A stretch of 64,000 nucleotides of DNA, from positions 186,001 through 250,000 of the forward strand of contig OZ251246.1 in assembly GCA_965240325.2 (NCBI GenBank), in the 5' to 3' direction. Position numbers and translations under genes: made by a program. The notes below the pieces were generated by a model. It did no database searches, was not told the origin of the DNA, and saw nothing but the letters and a program-made list of their open reading frames with translations. Positions within the stretch are counted from its first letter, which is position 1; each line of letters opens with the position of its first letter. This document shows, piece by piece, positions 1-14,200 of this stretch. Origin of the DNA: Rebecca billardiae RCC1528 (Eukaryota; Protista; Haptophyta).

Positions 1-3000
1 GGGCTCGGTGGCGGTTTTGGCCCGGGCACTGGTGGTGGCGGGCTGGGCGGCGGGCTGGGCGGCGGGCTGGGCGGAGGCGATGGCGGTGGTCGCGGGAGAG
101 GTGGAGGTGGCGAAGGTGGCGGCTCCGGCGGGGGACTAGGAGGCAACGCGGGTGGAGGGCTGGGCGGTGGTGACGGCGGCGGAGACGGCGGCGGCGTCGG
201 AGGCGGCGGGCTCGGCGGCGGCGACGGCGGCGGGGACGGCGGCGGGCTCGGCGGTGGAACCGGCGGCGGCGACGGCGGCGGTGTAGGCACAGCAGCCGGC
301 GGCGGCGGGCTCGGTGGTGGACTGGGAGGCGGGCTCGGAGGCGGGCTGGGCGGCGGCGACGGTGGCGGCGACGGCGGAAGCGCAGGCGGCGGCGAAGGTG
401 GCGGCGACGGCGGAGGCGACGGAGGCGGCAACGGCGTCTCCAGCGGTGGCGGAGGGCTCGGCGGGGGCGACGGCGGCGGCGATGGCGGCGGCACAGGCGG
501 CGGCGAGGGCGGCGGGCTCGGCGGAGGCGACGGTGGCGGCAACGGCGGCGGAGGCGATGGCGGCGGCGACGGCGGAGGCGAGGGCGGCGGGCTAGGTGGC
601 GGCGCCGGAGGTGACGGAGGCGGGAGCGGATCCGTGCGCGGCGGCGGCGGCGGCTGTGGTGGCGGGCTCGGCGGCGGAGATGGCGGTGGGGACGGAGGCG
701 GGGACGGTGGCGGCGTCGGAGGCGGCGGGCTCGGCGGTGGACGCGGTGGCGGTGAAGGCGGCGGGCTCGGCGGTGGCGACGGCGGCGGCGACGGCGGCGG
801 TGTGGGCACAGCAGCCGGCGGCGGCGGGCTCGGCGGTGGGCTTGGCGGCGGACTTGGTGGCGGGCTGGGCGGCGGCGACGGTGGCGGCGCGGGCGGCGCC
901 CCAGGCGTTGGCGAAGGTGGCGGCGACGGCGGAGGCGACGGAGGCGGCAACGGCGTCTCCAGCGGTGGCGGAGGGCTCGGCGGGGGCGACGGCGGCGGCG
1001 ATGGCGGCGGCAAAGGCGGCGGCGAGGGCGGCGGGCTCGGCGGAGGCGACGGTGGCGGCAGTGGCGGCGGCGGCGACGGCGGCGGCGACGGCGGAGGGGA
1101 AGGCGGCGGGCTAGGTGGCGGTGCCGGCGGCGACGGAGGCGGGAACGGATCCGTGCGCGGCGGCGGCGGCGGCTGTGGTGGCGGGCTCGGCGGCGGAGAC
1201 GGCGGCGGGGACGGAGGCGGGGACGGTGGCGGCGCCGGAGGCGGCGGACTCGGCGGTGGACGCGGTGGCGGTGAAGGCGGCGGGCTCGGCGGTGGCGACG
1301 GCGGCGGCGACGGCGGCGGTGTTGGCACAGCAGCCGGCGGCGGCGGGCTCGGCGGTGGGCTTGGCGGCGGGCTTGGTGGCGGGCTGGGCGGCGGCGACGG
1401 TGGCGGCGCGGGCGGCGCCTCAGGCGGCGGCGAAGGTGGCGGCGACGGCGGAGGCGACGGAGGCGGCAACGGCGTCTCCAGCGGTGGCGGAGGGCTCGGC
1501 GGGGGCGAAGGCGGCGGCGATGGCGGCAGCAAAGGCGGCGGCGAGGGCGGCGGGCTCGGCGGCGGAGACGGTGGCGGCACCGGCGGCGGCGGTGACGGCG
1601 GCGGCGACGGCGGAGGCGAAGGCGGCGGCGAAGGCGGCGGCGCCGGCGGCGACGGAGGCGGGAACGGATCCGTGCGAGGCGGCGGCGGCGGCTGTGGTGG
1701 CGGGCTCGGCGGCGGAGATGGCGGCGGGGACGGCGGCGGGGACGGTGGCGGCGTTGGAGGCGGCGGGCTCGGCGGCGGACGCGGTGGCGGTGAAGGCGGC
1801 GGGCTCGGCGGTGGCGACGGCGGCGGCGACGGCGGCGGTGTAGGCACAGCAGCCGGCGGCGGCGGGCTCGGTGGTGGGCTGGGCGGCGGGCTTGGTGGCG
1901 GGCTGGGCGGCGGCGACGGTGGCGGCGCGGGCGGCGCCTCAGGCGGCGGCGAAGGTGGCGGCGACGGCGGAGGCGACGGAGGCGGCAACGGCGTCTCAAG
2001 TGGTGGCGGAGGGCTCGGCGGGGGCGAAGGCGGCGGCGATGGCGGCAGCAAAGGCGGCGGCGAGGGCGGCGGGCTCGGCGGCGGAGACGGTGGCGGCACC
2101 GGCGGCGGCGGTGACGGCGGCGGCGACGGCGGAGGCGAAGGCGGCGGCGAAGGCGGCGGCGCCGGCGGCGACGGAGGCGGGAATGGATCCGTGCGAGGCG
2201 GCGGCGGCGGCTGTGGTGGCGGGCTCGGCGGCGGAGATGGCGGCGGGGACGGCGGCGGGGACGGTGGCGGCGTTGGAGGCGGCGGGCTCGGCGGCGGACG
2301 CGGTGGCGGTGAAGGCGGCGGGCTCGGCGGTGGCGACGGCGGCGGCGACGGCGGCGGTGTAGGCACAGCAGCCGGCGGCGGCGGGCTCGGTGGTGGGCTT
2401 GGCGGCGGGCTTGGTGGCGGGCTGGGCGGCGGCGACGGTGGCGGCGCGGGCGGCGCCTCAGGCGGCGGCGAAGGTGGCGGCGACGGCGGAGGCGACGGAG
2501 GCGGCAACGGCGTCTCAAGTGGTGGCGGAGGGCTCGGCGGGGGCGAAGGCGGCGGCGATGGCGGCGGCAAAGGCGGCGGCGAGGGCGGCGGGCTCGGCGG
2601 CGGAGACGGTGGCGGCACCGGCGGCGGCGGCGACGGCAGCGGCGACGGCGGAGGCGAAGGCGGCGGCGAGGGCGGCGGCGCCGGCGGCGACGGAGGCGGG
2701 AATGGATCCGTGCGCGGCGGCGGCGGCGGCTGTGGTGGCGGGCTCGGCGGCGGAGATGGCGGCGGGGACGGCGGCGGGGACGGTGGCGGCGCCGGAGGCG
2801 GCGGACTCGGCGGTGGACGCGGTGGCGGTGAAGGCGGCGGGCTCGGCTGTGGCGACGGCGGCGGCGACGGCGGCGGTGTTGGCACAGCAGCCGGCGGCGG
2901 CGGGCTCGGCGGTGGGCTTGGCGGCGGGCTTGGTGGCGGGCTGGGCGGCGGCGACGGTGGCGGCGCGGGCGGCGCCTCAGGCGGCGGCGAAGGTGGCGGC

Positions 3001-6000
3001 GACGGCGGAGGCGACGGAGGCGGCAACGGCGTCTCCAGCGGTGGCGGAGGGCTCGGCGGGGGCGAAGGCGGCGGCGATGGCGGCAGCAAAGGCGGCGGCG
3101 AGGGCGGCGGGCTCGGCGGCGAAGACGGTGGCGGCACCGGCGGCGGCGGTGACGGCGGCGGCGACGGCGGAGGCGAAGGCGGCGGCGAAGGCGGCGGCGC
3201 CGGCGGCGACGGAGGCGGGAATGGATCCGTGCGAGGCGGCGGCGGCGGCTGTGGTGGCGGGCTCGGCGGCGGAGATGGCGGCGGGGACGGCGGCGGGGAC
3301 GGTGGCGGCGTTGGAGGCGGCGGGCTCGGCGGCGGACGCGGTGGCGGTGAAGGCGGCGGGCTCGGCGGTGGCGACGGCGGCGGCGACGGCGGCGGTGTAG
3401 GCACAGCAGCCGGCGGCGGCGGGCTCGGTGGTGGGCTTGGCGGCGGGCTTGGTGGCGGGCTGGGCGGCGGCGACGGTGGCGGCGCGGGCGGCGCCTCAGG
3501 CGGCGGCGAAGGTGGCGGCGACGGCGGAGGCGACGGAGGCGGCAACGGCGTCTCAAGTGGTGGCGGAGGGCTCGGCGGGGGCGAAGGCGGCGGCGATGGC
3601 GGCGGCAAAGGCGGCGGCGAGGGCGGCGGGCTCGGCGGTGGAGACGGTGGCGGCACCGGCGGCGGCGGGGACGGCGGCGGCGACGGCGGAGGCGAAGGCG
3701 GCGGCGAGGGCGGCGGCGCCGGCGGCGACGGAGGCGGGAACGGATCCGTGCGCGGCGGCGGCGGCGGCTGTGGTGGCGGGCTCGGCGGCGGAGACGGCGG
3801 CGGGGACGGAGGCGGGGACGGTGGCGGCGCCGGAGGCGGCGGACTCGGCGGTGGACGCGGTGGCGGTGAAGGCGGCGGGCTCGGCGGTGGCGACGGCGGC
3901 GGCGACGGCGGCGGTGTTGGCACAGCAGCCGGCGGCGGCGGGCTCGGCGGTGGGCTTGGCGGCGGGCTTGGTGGCGGGCTGGGCGGCGGCGACGGTGGCG
4001 GCGCGGGCGGCGCCTCAGGCGGCGGCGAAGGTGGCGGCGACGGCGGAGGCGACGGAGGCGGCAACGGCGTCTCCAGCGGTGGCGGAGGGCTCGGCGGGGG
4101 CGAAGGCGGCGGCGATGGCGGCAGCAAAGGCGGCGGCGAGGGCGGCGGGCTCGGCGGCGGAGACGGTGGCGGCACCGGCGGCGGCGGTGACGGCGGCGGC
4201 GACGGCGGAGGCGAAGGCGGCGGCGAAGGCGGCGGCGCCGGCGGCGACGGAGGCGGGAACGGATCCGTGCGAGGCGGCGGCGGCGGCTGTGGTGGCGGGC
4301 TCGGCGGCGGAGATGGCGGCGGGGACGGCGGCGGGGACGGTGGCGGCGTTGGAGGCGGCGGGCTCGGCGGCGGACGCGGTGGCGGTGAAGGCGGCGGGCT
4401 CGGCGGTGGCGACGGCGGCGGCGACGGCGGCGGTGTAGGCACAGCAGCCGGCGGCGGCGGGCTCGGTGGTGGGCTGGGCGGCGGGCTTGGTGGTGGGCTG
4501 GGCGGCGGCGACGGTGGCGGCACGGGCGGCGCCTCAGGCGGCGGCGAAGGTGGCGGCGACGGCGGAGGCGACGGAGGCGGCAACGGCGTCTCCAGCGGTG
4601 GCGGAGGGCTCGGCGGGGGCGACGGCGGCGGCGATGGCGGCGGCGACGGCGGCGGCGAGGGCGGCGGCGAGGGTGGTGGCGACGGTGGCGGCACCGGCGG
4701 CGGCGGCGACGGCGGCTGCGACGGCGGAGGCGAAGGCGGCGGCGAGGGCGGCGGCGCCGGCGGCGACGGAGGCGGGAATGGATCCGTGCGCGGCGGCGGC
4801 GGCGGCTGTGGTGGCGGGCTCGGCGGCGGAGACGGCGGCGGGGACGGCGGCGGGGACGGTGGCGGCGTTGGAGGCGGCGGGCTCGGCGGCGGACGCGGTG
4901 GCGGTGAAGGCGGCGGGCTCGGCGGTGGCGACGGCGGCGGCGACGGCGGCGGTGTAGGCACAGCAGCCGGCGGCGGCGGGCTCGGTGGTGGGCTGGGCGG
5001 CGGGCTCGGTGGTGGGCTGGGCGGCGGGCTTGGTGGTGGGCTGGGCGGCGGCGACGGTGGCGGCGCGGGCGGCGCCTCAGGCGGCGGCGAAGGTGGCGGC
5101 GACGGCGGAGGCGACGGAGGCGGCAACGGCGTCTCCAGCGGTGGCGGAGGGCTCGGCGGGGGCGACGGCGGCGGCGATGGCGGCGGCGACGGCGGCGGCG
5201 AGGGCGGCGGCGAGGGTGGTGGCGACGGTGGCGGCACCGGCGGCGGCGGCGACGGCGGCGGCGACGGCGGAGGCGAAGGCGGCGGCGAGGGCGGCGGCGC
5301 CGGCGGCGACGGAGGCGGGAATGGATCCGTGCGCGGCGGCGGCGGCGGCTGTGGTGGCGGGCTCGGCGGCGGAGACGGCGGCGGGGACGGCGGCGGGGAC
5401 GGTGGCGGCGTTGGAGGCGGCGGGCTCGGCGGCGGACGCGGTGGCGGTGAAGGCGGCGGGCTCGGCGGTGGCGACGGCGGCGGCGACGGCGGCGGTGTAG
5501 GCACAGCAGCCGGCGGCGGCGGGCTCGGTGGTGGGCTGGGCGGCGGGCTCGGTGGTGGGCTGGGCGTCGGGCTTGGTGGTGGGCTGGGCGGCGGCGACGG
5601 TGGCGGCGCGGGCGGCGCCTCAGGCGGCGGCGAAGGTGGCGGCGACGGCGGAGGCGACGGAGGCGGCAACGGCGTCTCCAGCGGTGGCGGAGGGCTCGGC
5701 GGGGGCGACGGCGGCGGCGATGGCGGCGGCACAGGCGGCGGCGACGGCGGCGGCGAAGGCGGTGGCGACGGTGGCGGCACCGGCGGCGGCGGCGACGGCG
5801 GCGGAGACGGCGGAGGCGAAGGCGGCGGCGAGGGCGGCGGTGCCGGCGGCGACGGAGGCGGGAACGGATCCGTGCGCGGCGGCGGCGGCGGCTGTGGTGG
5901 CGGGCTCGGCGGCGGAGATGGCGGCGGGGACGGCGGCGGGGACGGTGGCGGCGTTGGAGGCGGCGGGCTCGGCGGCGGACGCGGTGGCGGTGAAGGCGGC

Positions 6001-9000
6001 GGGCTCGGCGGTGGCGACGGCGGCGGCGACGGCGGCGGTGTAGGCACAGCAGCCGGCGGCGGCGGGCTCGGTGGTGGGCTTGGCGGCGGGCTTGGTGGCG
6101 GGCTGGGCGGCGGCGACGGTGGCGGCGCGGGCGGCGCCTCAGGCGGCGGCGAAGGTGGCGGCGACGGCGGAGGCGACGGAGGCGGCAACGGCGTCTCCAG
6201 CGGTGGCGGAGGGCTCGGCGGGGGCGACGGCGGCGGCGATGGCGGCGGCGACGGCGGCGGCGACGGCGGCGGCGAAGGCGGTGGCGACGGTGGCGGCACC
6301 GGCGGCGGCGGCGACGGCGGCGGAGACGGCGGAGGCGAAGGCGGCGGTGAGGGCGGCGGTGCCGGCGGCGACGGAGGCGGGAATGGATCCGTGCGCGGCG
6401 GCGGCGGCGGCTGTGGTGGCGGGCTCGGCGGCGGAGACGGCGGCGGGGACGGCGGCGGGGACGGTGGCGGCGTTGGAGGCGGCGGGCTCGGCGGCGGACG
6501 CGGTGGCGGTGAAGGCGGCGGGCTCGGCGGTGGCGACGGCGGCGGCGACGGCGGCGGTGTAGGCACAGCAGCCGGCGGCGGCGGGCTCGGTGGTGGGCTT
6601 GGCGGCGGGCTTGGTGGCGGGCTGGGCGGCGGCGACGGTGGCGGCGCGGGCGGCGCCTCAGGCGGCGGCGAAGGTGGCGGCGACGGCGGAGGCGACGGAG
6701 GCGGCAACGGCGTCTCCAGCGGTGGCGGAGGGCTCGGCGGGGGCGACGGCGGCGGCGATGGCGGCGGCGACGGCGGCGGCGACGGCGGCGGCGAAGGCGG
6801 TGGCGACGGTGGCGGCACCGGCGGCGGCGGCGACGGCGGCGGAGACGGCGGAGGCGAAGGCGGCGGTGAGGGCGGCGGTGCCGGCGGCGACGGAGGCGGG
6901 AATGGATCCGTGCGCGGCGGCGGCGGCGGCTGTGGTGGCGGGCTCGGCGGCGGAGACGGCGGCGGGGACGGCGGCGGGGACGGTGGCGGCGTTGGAGGCG
7001 GCGGGCTCGGCGGCGGACGCGGTGGCGGTGAAGGCGGCGGGCTCGGCGGTGGCGACGGCGGCGGCGACGGCGGCGGTGTAGGCACAGCAGCCGGCGGCGG
7101 CGGGCTCGGTGGTGGGCTGGGCGGCGGGCTTGGTGGTGGGCTGGGCGGCGGCGACGGTGGCGGCACGGGCGGCGCCTCAGGCGGCGGCGAAGGTGGCGGC
7201 GACGGCGGAGGCGACGGAGGCGGCAACGGCGTCTCCAGCGGTGGCGGAGGGCTCGGCGGGGGCGACGGCGGCGGCGATGGCGGCGGCGACGGCGGCGGCG
7301 AGGGCGGCGGCGAGGGTGGTGGCGACGGTGGCGGCACCGGCAGCGGCGGCGACGGCGGCGGCGACGGCGGAGGCGAAGGCGGCGGCGAGGGCGGCGGCGC
7401 CGGCGGCGACGGAGGCGGGAATGGATCCGTGCGCGGCGGCGGCGGCGGCTGTGGTGGCGGGCTCGGCGGCGGAGACGGCGGCGGGGACGGCGGCGGGGAC
7501 GGTGGCGGCGTTGGAGGCGGCGGGCTCGGCGGCGGACGCGGTGGCGGTGAAGGCGGCGGGCTCGGCGGTGGCGACGGCGGCGGCGACGGCGGCGGTGTAG
7601 GCACAGCAGCCGGCGGCGGCGGGCTCGGTGGTGGGCTGGGCGGCGGGCTCGGTGGTGGGCTGGGCGGCGGGCTTGGTGGTGGGCTGGGCGGCGGCGACGG
7701 TGGCGGCGCGGGCGGCGCCTCAGGCGGCGGCGAAGGTGGCGGCGACGGCGGAGGCGACGGAGGCGGCAACGGCGTCTCCAGCGGTGGCGGAGGGCTCGGC
7801 GGGGGCGACGGCGGCGGCGATGGCGGCGGCGACGGCGGCGGCGACGGCGGCGGCGAAGGCGGTGGCGACGGTGGCGGCACCGGCGGCGGCGGCGACGGCG
7901 GCGGAGACGGCGGAGGCGAAGGCGGCGGCGAGGGCGGCGGTGCCGGCGGCGACGGAGGCGGGAACGGATCCGTGCGCGGCGGCGGCGGCGGCTGTGGTGG
8001 CGGGCTCGGCGGCGGAGATGGCGGCGGGGACGGCGGCGGGGACGGTGGCGGCGTTGGAGGCGGCGGGCTCGGCGGCGGACGCGGTGGCGGTGAAGGCGGC
8101 GGGCTCGGCGGTGGCGACGGCGGCGGCGATGGCGGCGGTGTAGGCACAGCAGCCGGCGGCGGCGGGCTCGGTGGTGGGCTGGGCGGCGGGCTTGGTGGCG
8201 GGCTGGGCGGCGGCGACGGTGGCGGCGCGGGCGGCGCCTCAGGCGGCGGCGAAGGTGGCGGCGACGGCGGAGGCGACGGAGGCGGCAACGGCGTCTCCAG
8301 CGGTGGCGGCGGGCTCGGCGGGGGCGACGGCGGCGGCGATGGCGGCGGCAAAGGCGGCGGCGAGGGCGGCGGCGACGGCGGCGGCGACGGTGGCGGCACC
8401 GGCGGCGGCGGCGACGGCGGCGGCGACGGCGGAGGCGAAGGCGGCGGGCTAGGTGGCGGTGCCGGCGGCGACGGAGGCGGGAATGGATCCGTGCGCGGCG
8501 GCGGCGGCGGCTGTGGTGGCGGGCTCGGCGGCGGAGACGGCGGCGGGGACGGCGGCGGGGACGGTGGCGGCGTTGGAGGCGGCGGGCTCGGCGGCGGACG
8601 CGGTGGCGGTGAAGGCGGCGGGCTCGGCGGTGGCGACGGCGGCGGCGACGGCGGCGGTGTAGGCACAGCAGCCGGCGGCGGCGGGCTCGGTGGTGGGCTG
8701 GGCGGCGGGCTTGGTGGTGGGCTGGGCGGAGGCGACGGTGGCGGCGCGGGCGGCGCCTCAGGCGGCGGCGAAGGTGGCGGCGACGGCGGAGGCGACGGAG
8801 GCGGCAACGGCGTCTCCAGCGGTGGCGGAGGGCTCGGCGGGGGCGACGGCGGCGGCGATGGCGGCGGCGACGGCGGCGGCGACGGCGGCGGCGAAGGCGG
8901 TGGCGACGGTGGCGGCACAAGCGGCGGCGACGACGGCGGCGGAGACGGCGGAGGCGAAGGCGGCGGTGAGGGCGGCGGTGCCGGCGGCGACGGAGGCGGG

Positions 9001-12000
9001 AATGGATCCGTGCGCGGCGGCGGCGGCGGCTGTGGTGGCGGGCTCGGCGGCGGAGATGGCGGCGGGGACGGCGGCGGGGACGGTGGCGGCGTTGGAGGCG
9101 GCGGGCTTGGCGGCGGACGCGGTGGCGGTGAAGGCGGCGGGCTCGGCGGTGGCGACGGCGGCGACGACGGCGGCTGTGTAGGCACAGCAGCCGGCGGCGG
9201 CGGGCTCGGTGGTGGGCTGGGCGGCGGGCTTGGTGGTGGGCTGGGCGGCGGCGACGGTGGCGGCGCGGGCGGCGCCTCAGGCGGCGGCGAAGGTGGCGGC
9301 GACGGCGGAGGCGACGGAGGCGGCAACGGCGTCTCCAGCGGTGGCGGCGGGCTCGGCGGGGGCGACGGCGGCGGCGATGGCGGCGGCAAAGGCGGCGGCG
9401 AGGGCGGCGGCGAAGGCGGTGGCGACGGTGGCGGCACCGGCGGCGGCGGCGACGGCGGCGGAGACGGCGGCGGCGAAGGCGGCGGGCTAGGTGGCGGCGC
9501 CGGCGGCGACGGAGGCGGGAACGGATCCGTGCGCGGCGGCGGCGGCGGCTGTGGTGGCGGGCTCGGCGGCGGAGACGGCGGCGGGGACGGCGGCGGGGAC
9601 GGTGGCGGCGTTGGAGGCGGCGGGCTCGGCGGTGGACGCGGTGGCGGAGATGGCGGAGGGCTCGGCGGTGGCGACGGCGGCGGCGACGGCGGCGGTGTTG
9701 GCACAGCAGCCGGCGGCGGCGGGCTCGGTGGTGGGCTGGGCGGCGGGCTTGGTGGTGGGCTGGGCGGCGGCGACGGTGGCGGCGCGGGCGGCACCTCAGG
9801 CGGCGGCGAAGGTGGCGGCGACGGCGGAGGCGACGGAGGCGGCAACGGCGTCTCCAGCGGTGGCGGCGGGCTCGGCGGGGGCGACGGCGGCAGCGATGGC
9901 GGCGGCGACGGCGGCGGCGACGGCGGCGGCGAAGGCGGTGGCGAGGGCGGCGGCGAGGGTGGTGGCGACGGTGGCGGCACCGGCGGCGGCGGCGACGGCG
10001 GTGGGGACGGCGGAGGCGAAGGCGGCGGGCTAGGTGGCGGTGCCGGCGGCGACGGAGGCGGGAACGGATCCGTGCGCGGCGGCGGCGGCGGCTGTGGTGG
10101 CGGGCTCGGCGGCGGAGATGGCGGCGGGGACGGCGGCGGGGACGGTGGCGGCGTTGGAGGCGGCGGGCTCGGCGGCGGACGCGGTGGCGGTGAAGGCGGC
10201 GGGCTCGGCGGTGGCGACGGCGGCGGCGACGGCGGCGGTGTAGGCACAGCAGCCGGCGGCGGCGGGCTCGGTGGTGGGCTGGGCGGCGGGCTTGGTGGTG
10301 GGCTGGGCGGCGGCGACGGTGGCGGCGCGGGCGGCGCCTCAGGCGGCGGCAAAGGTGGCGGCGACGGCGGAGGCGACGGAGGCGGCAACGGCGTCTCCAG
10401 CGGTGGCGGCGGGCTCGGCGGGGGCGACGGCGGCGGCGATGGCGGCGGCGACGGCGGCGGCGACGGCGGCGGCGAGGGTGGTGGCGACGGTGGCGGCACC
10501 GGCGGCGGCGGCGACGGCGGTGGGGACGGCGGAGGCGAAGGCGGCGGGCTAGGTGGCGGTGCCGGCGGCGACGGAGGCGGGAACGGATCCGTGCGCGGCG
10601 GCGGCGGCGGCTGTGGTGGCGGGCTCGGCGGCGGAGATGGCGGCGGGGACGGCGGCGGGGACGGTGGCGGCGTTGGAGGCGGCGGGCTCGGCGGCGGACG
10701 CGGTGGCGGTGAAGGCGGCGGGCTCGGCGGTGGCGACGGCGGCGGCGACGGCGGCGGTGTAGGCACAGCAGCCGGCGGCGGCGGGCTCGGTGGTGGGCTG
10801 GGCGGCGGGCTCGGCGGCGGGCTGGGCGGCGGCGACGGTGGTGGCGCGGGCGGCGCCTCGGGCGGCGTCGAAGGTGGCGGCGACGGCGGAGGCGACGGAG
10901 GCGGCAACGGCGTCTCCAGCGGTGGCGGAGGGCTCGGCGGGGGCGACGGCGGCGGCGATGGCGGCGGCGACGGCGGCGGCGACGGCGGCGGCGAGGGTGG
11001 TGGCGACGGTGGCGGCACCGGCGGCGGCGGCGACGGCGGTGGGGACGGCGGAGGCGAAGGCGGCGGGCTAGGTGGCGGTGCCGGCGGCGACGGAGGCGGG
11101 AATGGATCCTTGCGAGGCGGCGGCGGCGGCTGTGGTGGCGGGCTCGGCGGCGGAGATGGCGGCGGGGACGGCGGCGGGGACGGTGGCGGCGTTGGAGGCG
11201 GCGGGCTCGGCGGCGGACGCGGTGGCGGTGAAGGCGGCGGGCTCGGCGGTGGCGACGGCGGCGGCGACGGCGGCGGTGTAGGCACAGCAGCCGGCGGCGG
11301 CGGGCTCGGTGGTGGGCTGGGCGGCGGGCTGGGCGGCGGGCTGGGCGGCGGCGACGGTGGTGGCGCAGGCGGAAGCGCAGGCGGCGGCGAAGGTGGCGGC
11401 GACGGCGGAGGCGACGGAGGCGGCAACGGCGTCTCCAGCGGTGGCGGAGGGCTCGGCGGGGGCGACGGCGGCGGCGATGGCGGCGGCAAAGGCGGCGGCG
11501 AGGGCGGTGGCGAGGGTGGTGGCGACGGTGGCGGCACCGGCGGCGGCGGCGACGGCGGTGGGGACGGCGGAGGCGAAGGCGGCGGGCTAGGTGGCGGTGC
11601 CGGCGGCGACGGAGGCGGGAATGGATCCGTGCGCGGCGGCGGCGGCGGCTGTGGTGGCGGGCTCGGCGGCGGAGATGGCGGCGGGGACGGCGGCGGGGAC
11701 GGTGGCGGCGTTGGAGGCGGCGGGCTCGGCGGCGGACGCGGTGGCGGTGAAGGCGGCGGGCTCGGCGGTGGCGACGGCGGCGGCGACGGCGGCGGTGTAG
11801 GCACAGCAGCCGGCGGCGGCGGGCTCGGTGGTGGGCTGGGCGGCGGGCTTGGTGGTGGGCTGGGCGGCGGCGACGGTGGCGGCGCGGGTGGCGCCTCAGG
11901 CGGCGGCGAAGGTGGCGGCGACGGCGGAGGCGACGGAGGCGGCAACGGCGTCTCCAGCGGTGGCGGAGGACTCGGCGGGGGCGACGGCGGCGGCGATGGC

Positions 12001-14200
12001 GGCGGCGACGGCGGCGGTGTAGGCACAGCAGCCGGCGGCGGCGGGCTCGGTGGTGGGCTGGGCGGCGGGCTCGGCGGCGGGCTGGGCGGCGGCGACGGTG
12101 GTGGCGCAGGCGGAAGCGCAGGCGGCGGCGAAGGTGGCGGCGACGGCGGAGGCGACGGAGGCGGAAACGGCGTCTCCAGCGGTGGCGGAGGGCTCGGCGG
12201 GGGCGACGGCGGCGGCGATGGCGGCGGCAAAGGCGGCGGCGTGGGCGGCGGCGAGGGTGGTGGCGACGGTGGCGGCACCGGCGGCGGCGGCGACGGCGGT
12301 GGGGACGGCGGAGGCGAAGGCGGCGGCGAGGGCGGCGGCGCCGGCGGCGACGGAGGCGGGAATGGATCCGTGCGCGGCGGCGGCGGCGGCTGTGGTGGCG
12401 GGCTCGGCGGCGGAGACGGCGGCGGGGACGGCGGCGGGGACGGTGGCGGCGTTGGAGGCGGCGGGCTCGGCGGCGGACGCGGTGGCGGTGAAGGCGGCGG
12501 GCTCGGCGGTGGCGACGGCGGCGGCGACGGCGGCGGTGTTGGCACAGCAGCCGGCGGCGGCGGGCTCGGCGGTGGGCTGGGCGGCGGGCTTGGTGGTGGG
12601 CTGGGCGGCGGCGACGGTGGCGGCGCGGGCGGCGCCTCAGGCGGCGGCGAAGGTGGCGGCGACGGCGGAGGCGACGGAGGCGGCAACGGCGTCTCCAGCG
12701 GTGGCGGAGGGCTCGGCGGGGGCGACGGCGGCGGCGATGGCGGCGGCGACGGCGGCGGCGAAGGCGGCGGCGAAGGCGGTGGCGACGGTGGCGGCACCGG
12801 CGGCGGCGGCGACGGCGGCGGCGACGGCGGAGGCGAAGGCGGCGGGCTAGGTGGCGGCGCCGGCGGCGACGGAGGCGGGAACGGATCCGCGCGCGGCGGC
12901 GGCGGCGGCTGTGGTGGCGGGCTCGGCGGCGGAGATGGCGGCGGGGACGGCGGCGGGGACGGTGGCGGCGTTGGAGGCGGCGGGCTCGGCGGCGGACGCG
13001 GTGGCGGCGAAGGCGGCGGGCTCGGCGGTGGCGACGGCGGCGGCGATGGCGGCGGTGTAGGCACGGCAGCCGGCGGCGGCGGGCTCGGTGGTGGGCTGGG
13101 AGGCGGGCTTGGTGGCGGACTGGGCGGCGGCGAAGGTGGCGGCGCGGGCGGAAGCGCAGGCGGCGGCGAAGGTGGCGGCGACGGCGGAGGCGACGGCGGC
13201 GGCAGCGGCGTATCCAGCGGAGGTGGCGGGCTCGGCGGGGGCGACGGCGGCGGGGACGGCGGCGGCGCAGGTGGCGGCGTCGGAGGCGGGCTCGGCGGAG
13301 GCGACGGTGGCGGAACCGGCGGCGGCGGCGAAGGCGGTGGCGACGGCGGAGGCGACGGCGGCGGGCTCGGTGGCGGCGCCGGCGGCGACGGAGGCGGGAA
13401 GGGCGCTAGGCGCGGAGGCGGCGGCGGCTGTGGTGGCGGGCTCGGCGGCGGAGATGGCGGTGGTGACGGCGGCGGTGAAGGTGGCGGCGTCGGAGGCGGC
13501 GGGCTCGGCGGCGGCGACGGCGGTGGTGACGGCGGTGGTGTTGGCACAGCCACTGGCGGTGGCGGGCTCGGCGGCGGACTTGGTGGCGGGCTCGGTGGCG
13601 GGCTCGGCGGCGGCGCCGGCGGCGCGCTGGGCGGCGGCGACGGTGGCGGGGACGGTGGCGGCGACGGTGGCGGCGAGGGAGGCGGGCTGGGAACGCCTGA
13701 AATTGGTGGTGGGCTTGGCGGTGGCAGTGGCGGTGGTGCCGGTGGCAGGGCCGGCGGCGGCGAGGGAGGCGGGGATGGCGGGGGAGTTGGCAAGGGAGGC
13801 GGGCTTGGCGGGGGCGACGGCGGCGGGCTCGGCGGTGGCGATGGCGGCTGCGACGGTGGTGGCGAAGGCGGAGGGGCAGGCGGCGGGGACGGAGGCGGCG
13901 TGGGTCCCGGCGGCGGGGACGGTGGCGGGGTGGGCGGTGGGCTGGGCGGCGGAGCCGGGGCAGGGGGAGGCGATGGCGGCGGCGATGGCGGCGGCAATGG
14001 CGGTGGCTGCGGCGGTGGCGAAGGGGGCGGCACCGGAGGCAACGGTGGCGGCGATGGAGGCGGCGATGGCGGTGGGGATGGTGGTGGCGACGGCGGTGGC
14101 ACAGGTGGCGGGGCGGGCGGCGCCGCCGGAGGCGGCGGACTCGGCGGTGGCGTCGGAGGCGGCGGCGACGGCGGCGGCAGCGGTGGCGGTGGCAGCGGAG
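1..14200 (-). repeat. Coding tandem array 1: 519-bp (173-aa) unit, ~24 copies plus degenerate flanks
   Basis: Marker GGATCC (within the RTDPF codons) at 628, 1147, 1666, 2185, 2704, 3223, 3742, 4261, 4780, 5323 ... 12364, 12883. Spacing is 519 or 543, once 741. The unit is SPPP runs punctuated by QPPPPPRTDPF, PAAVPTP and PLETPLP. Confidence 0.95.
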
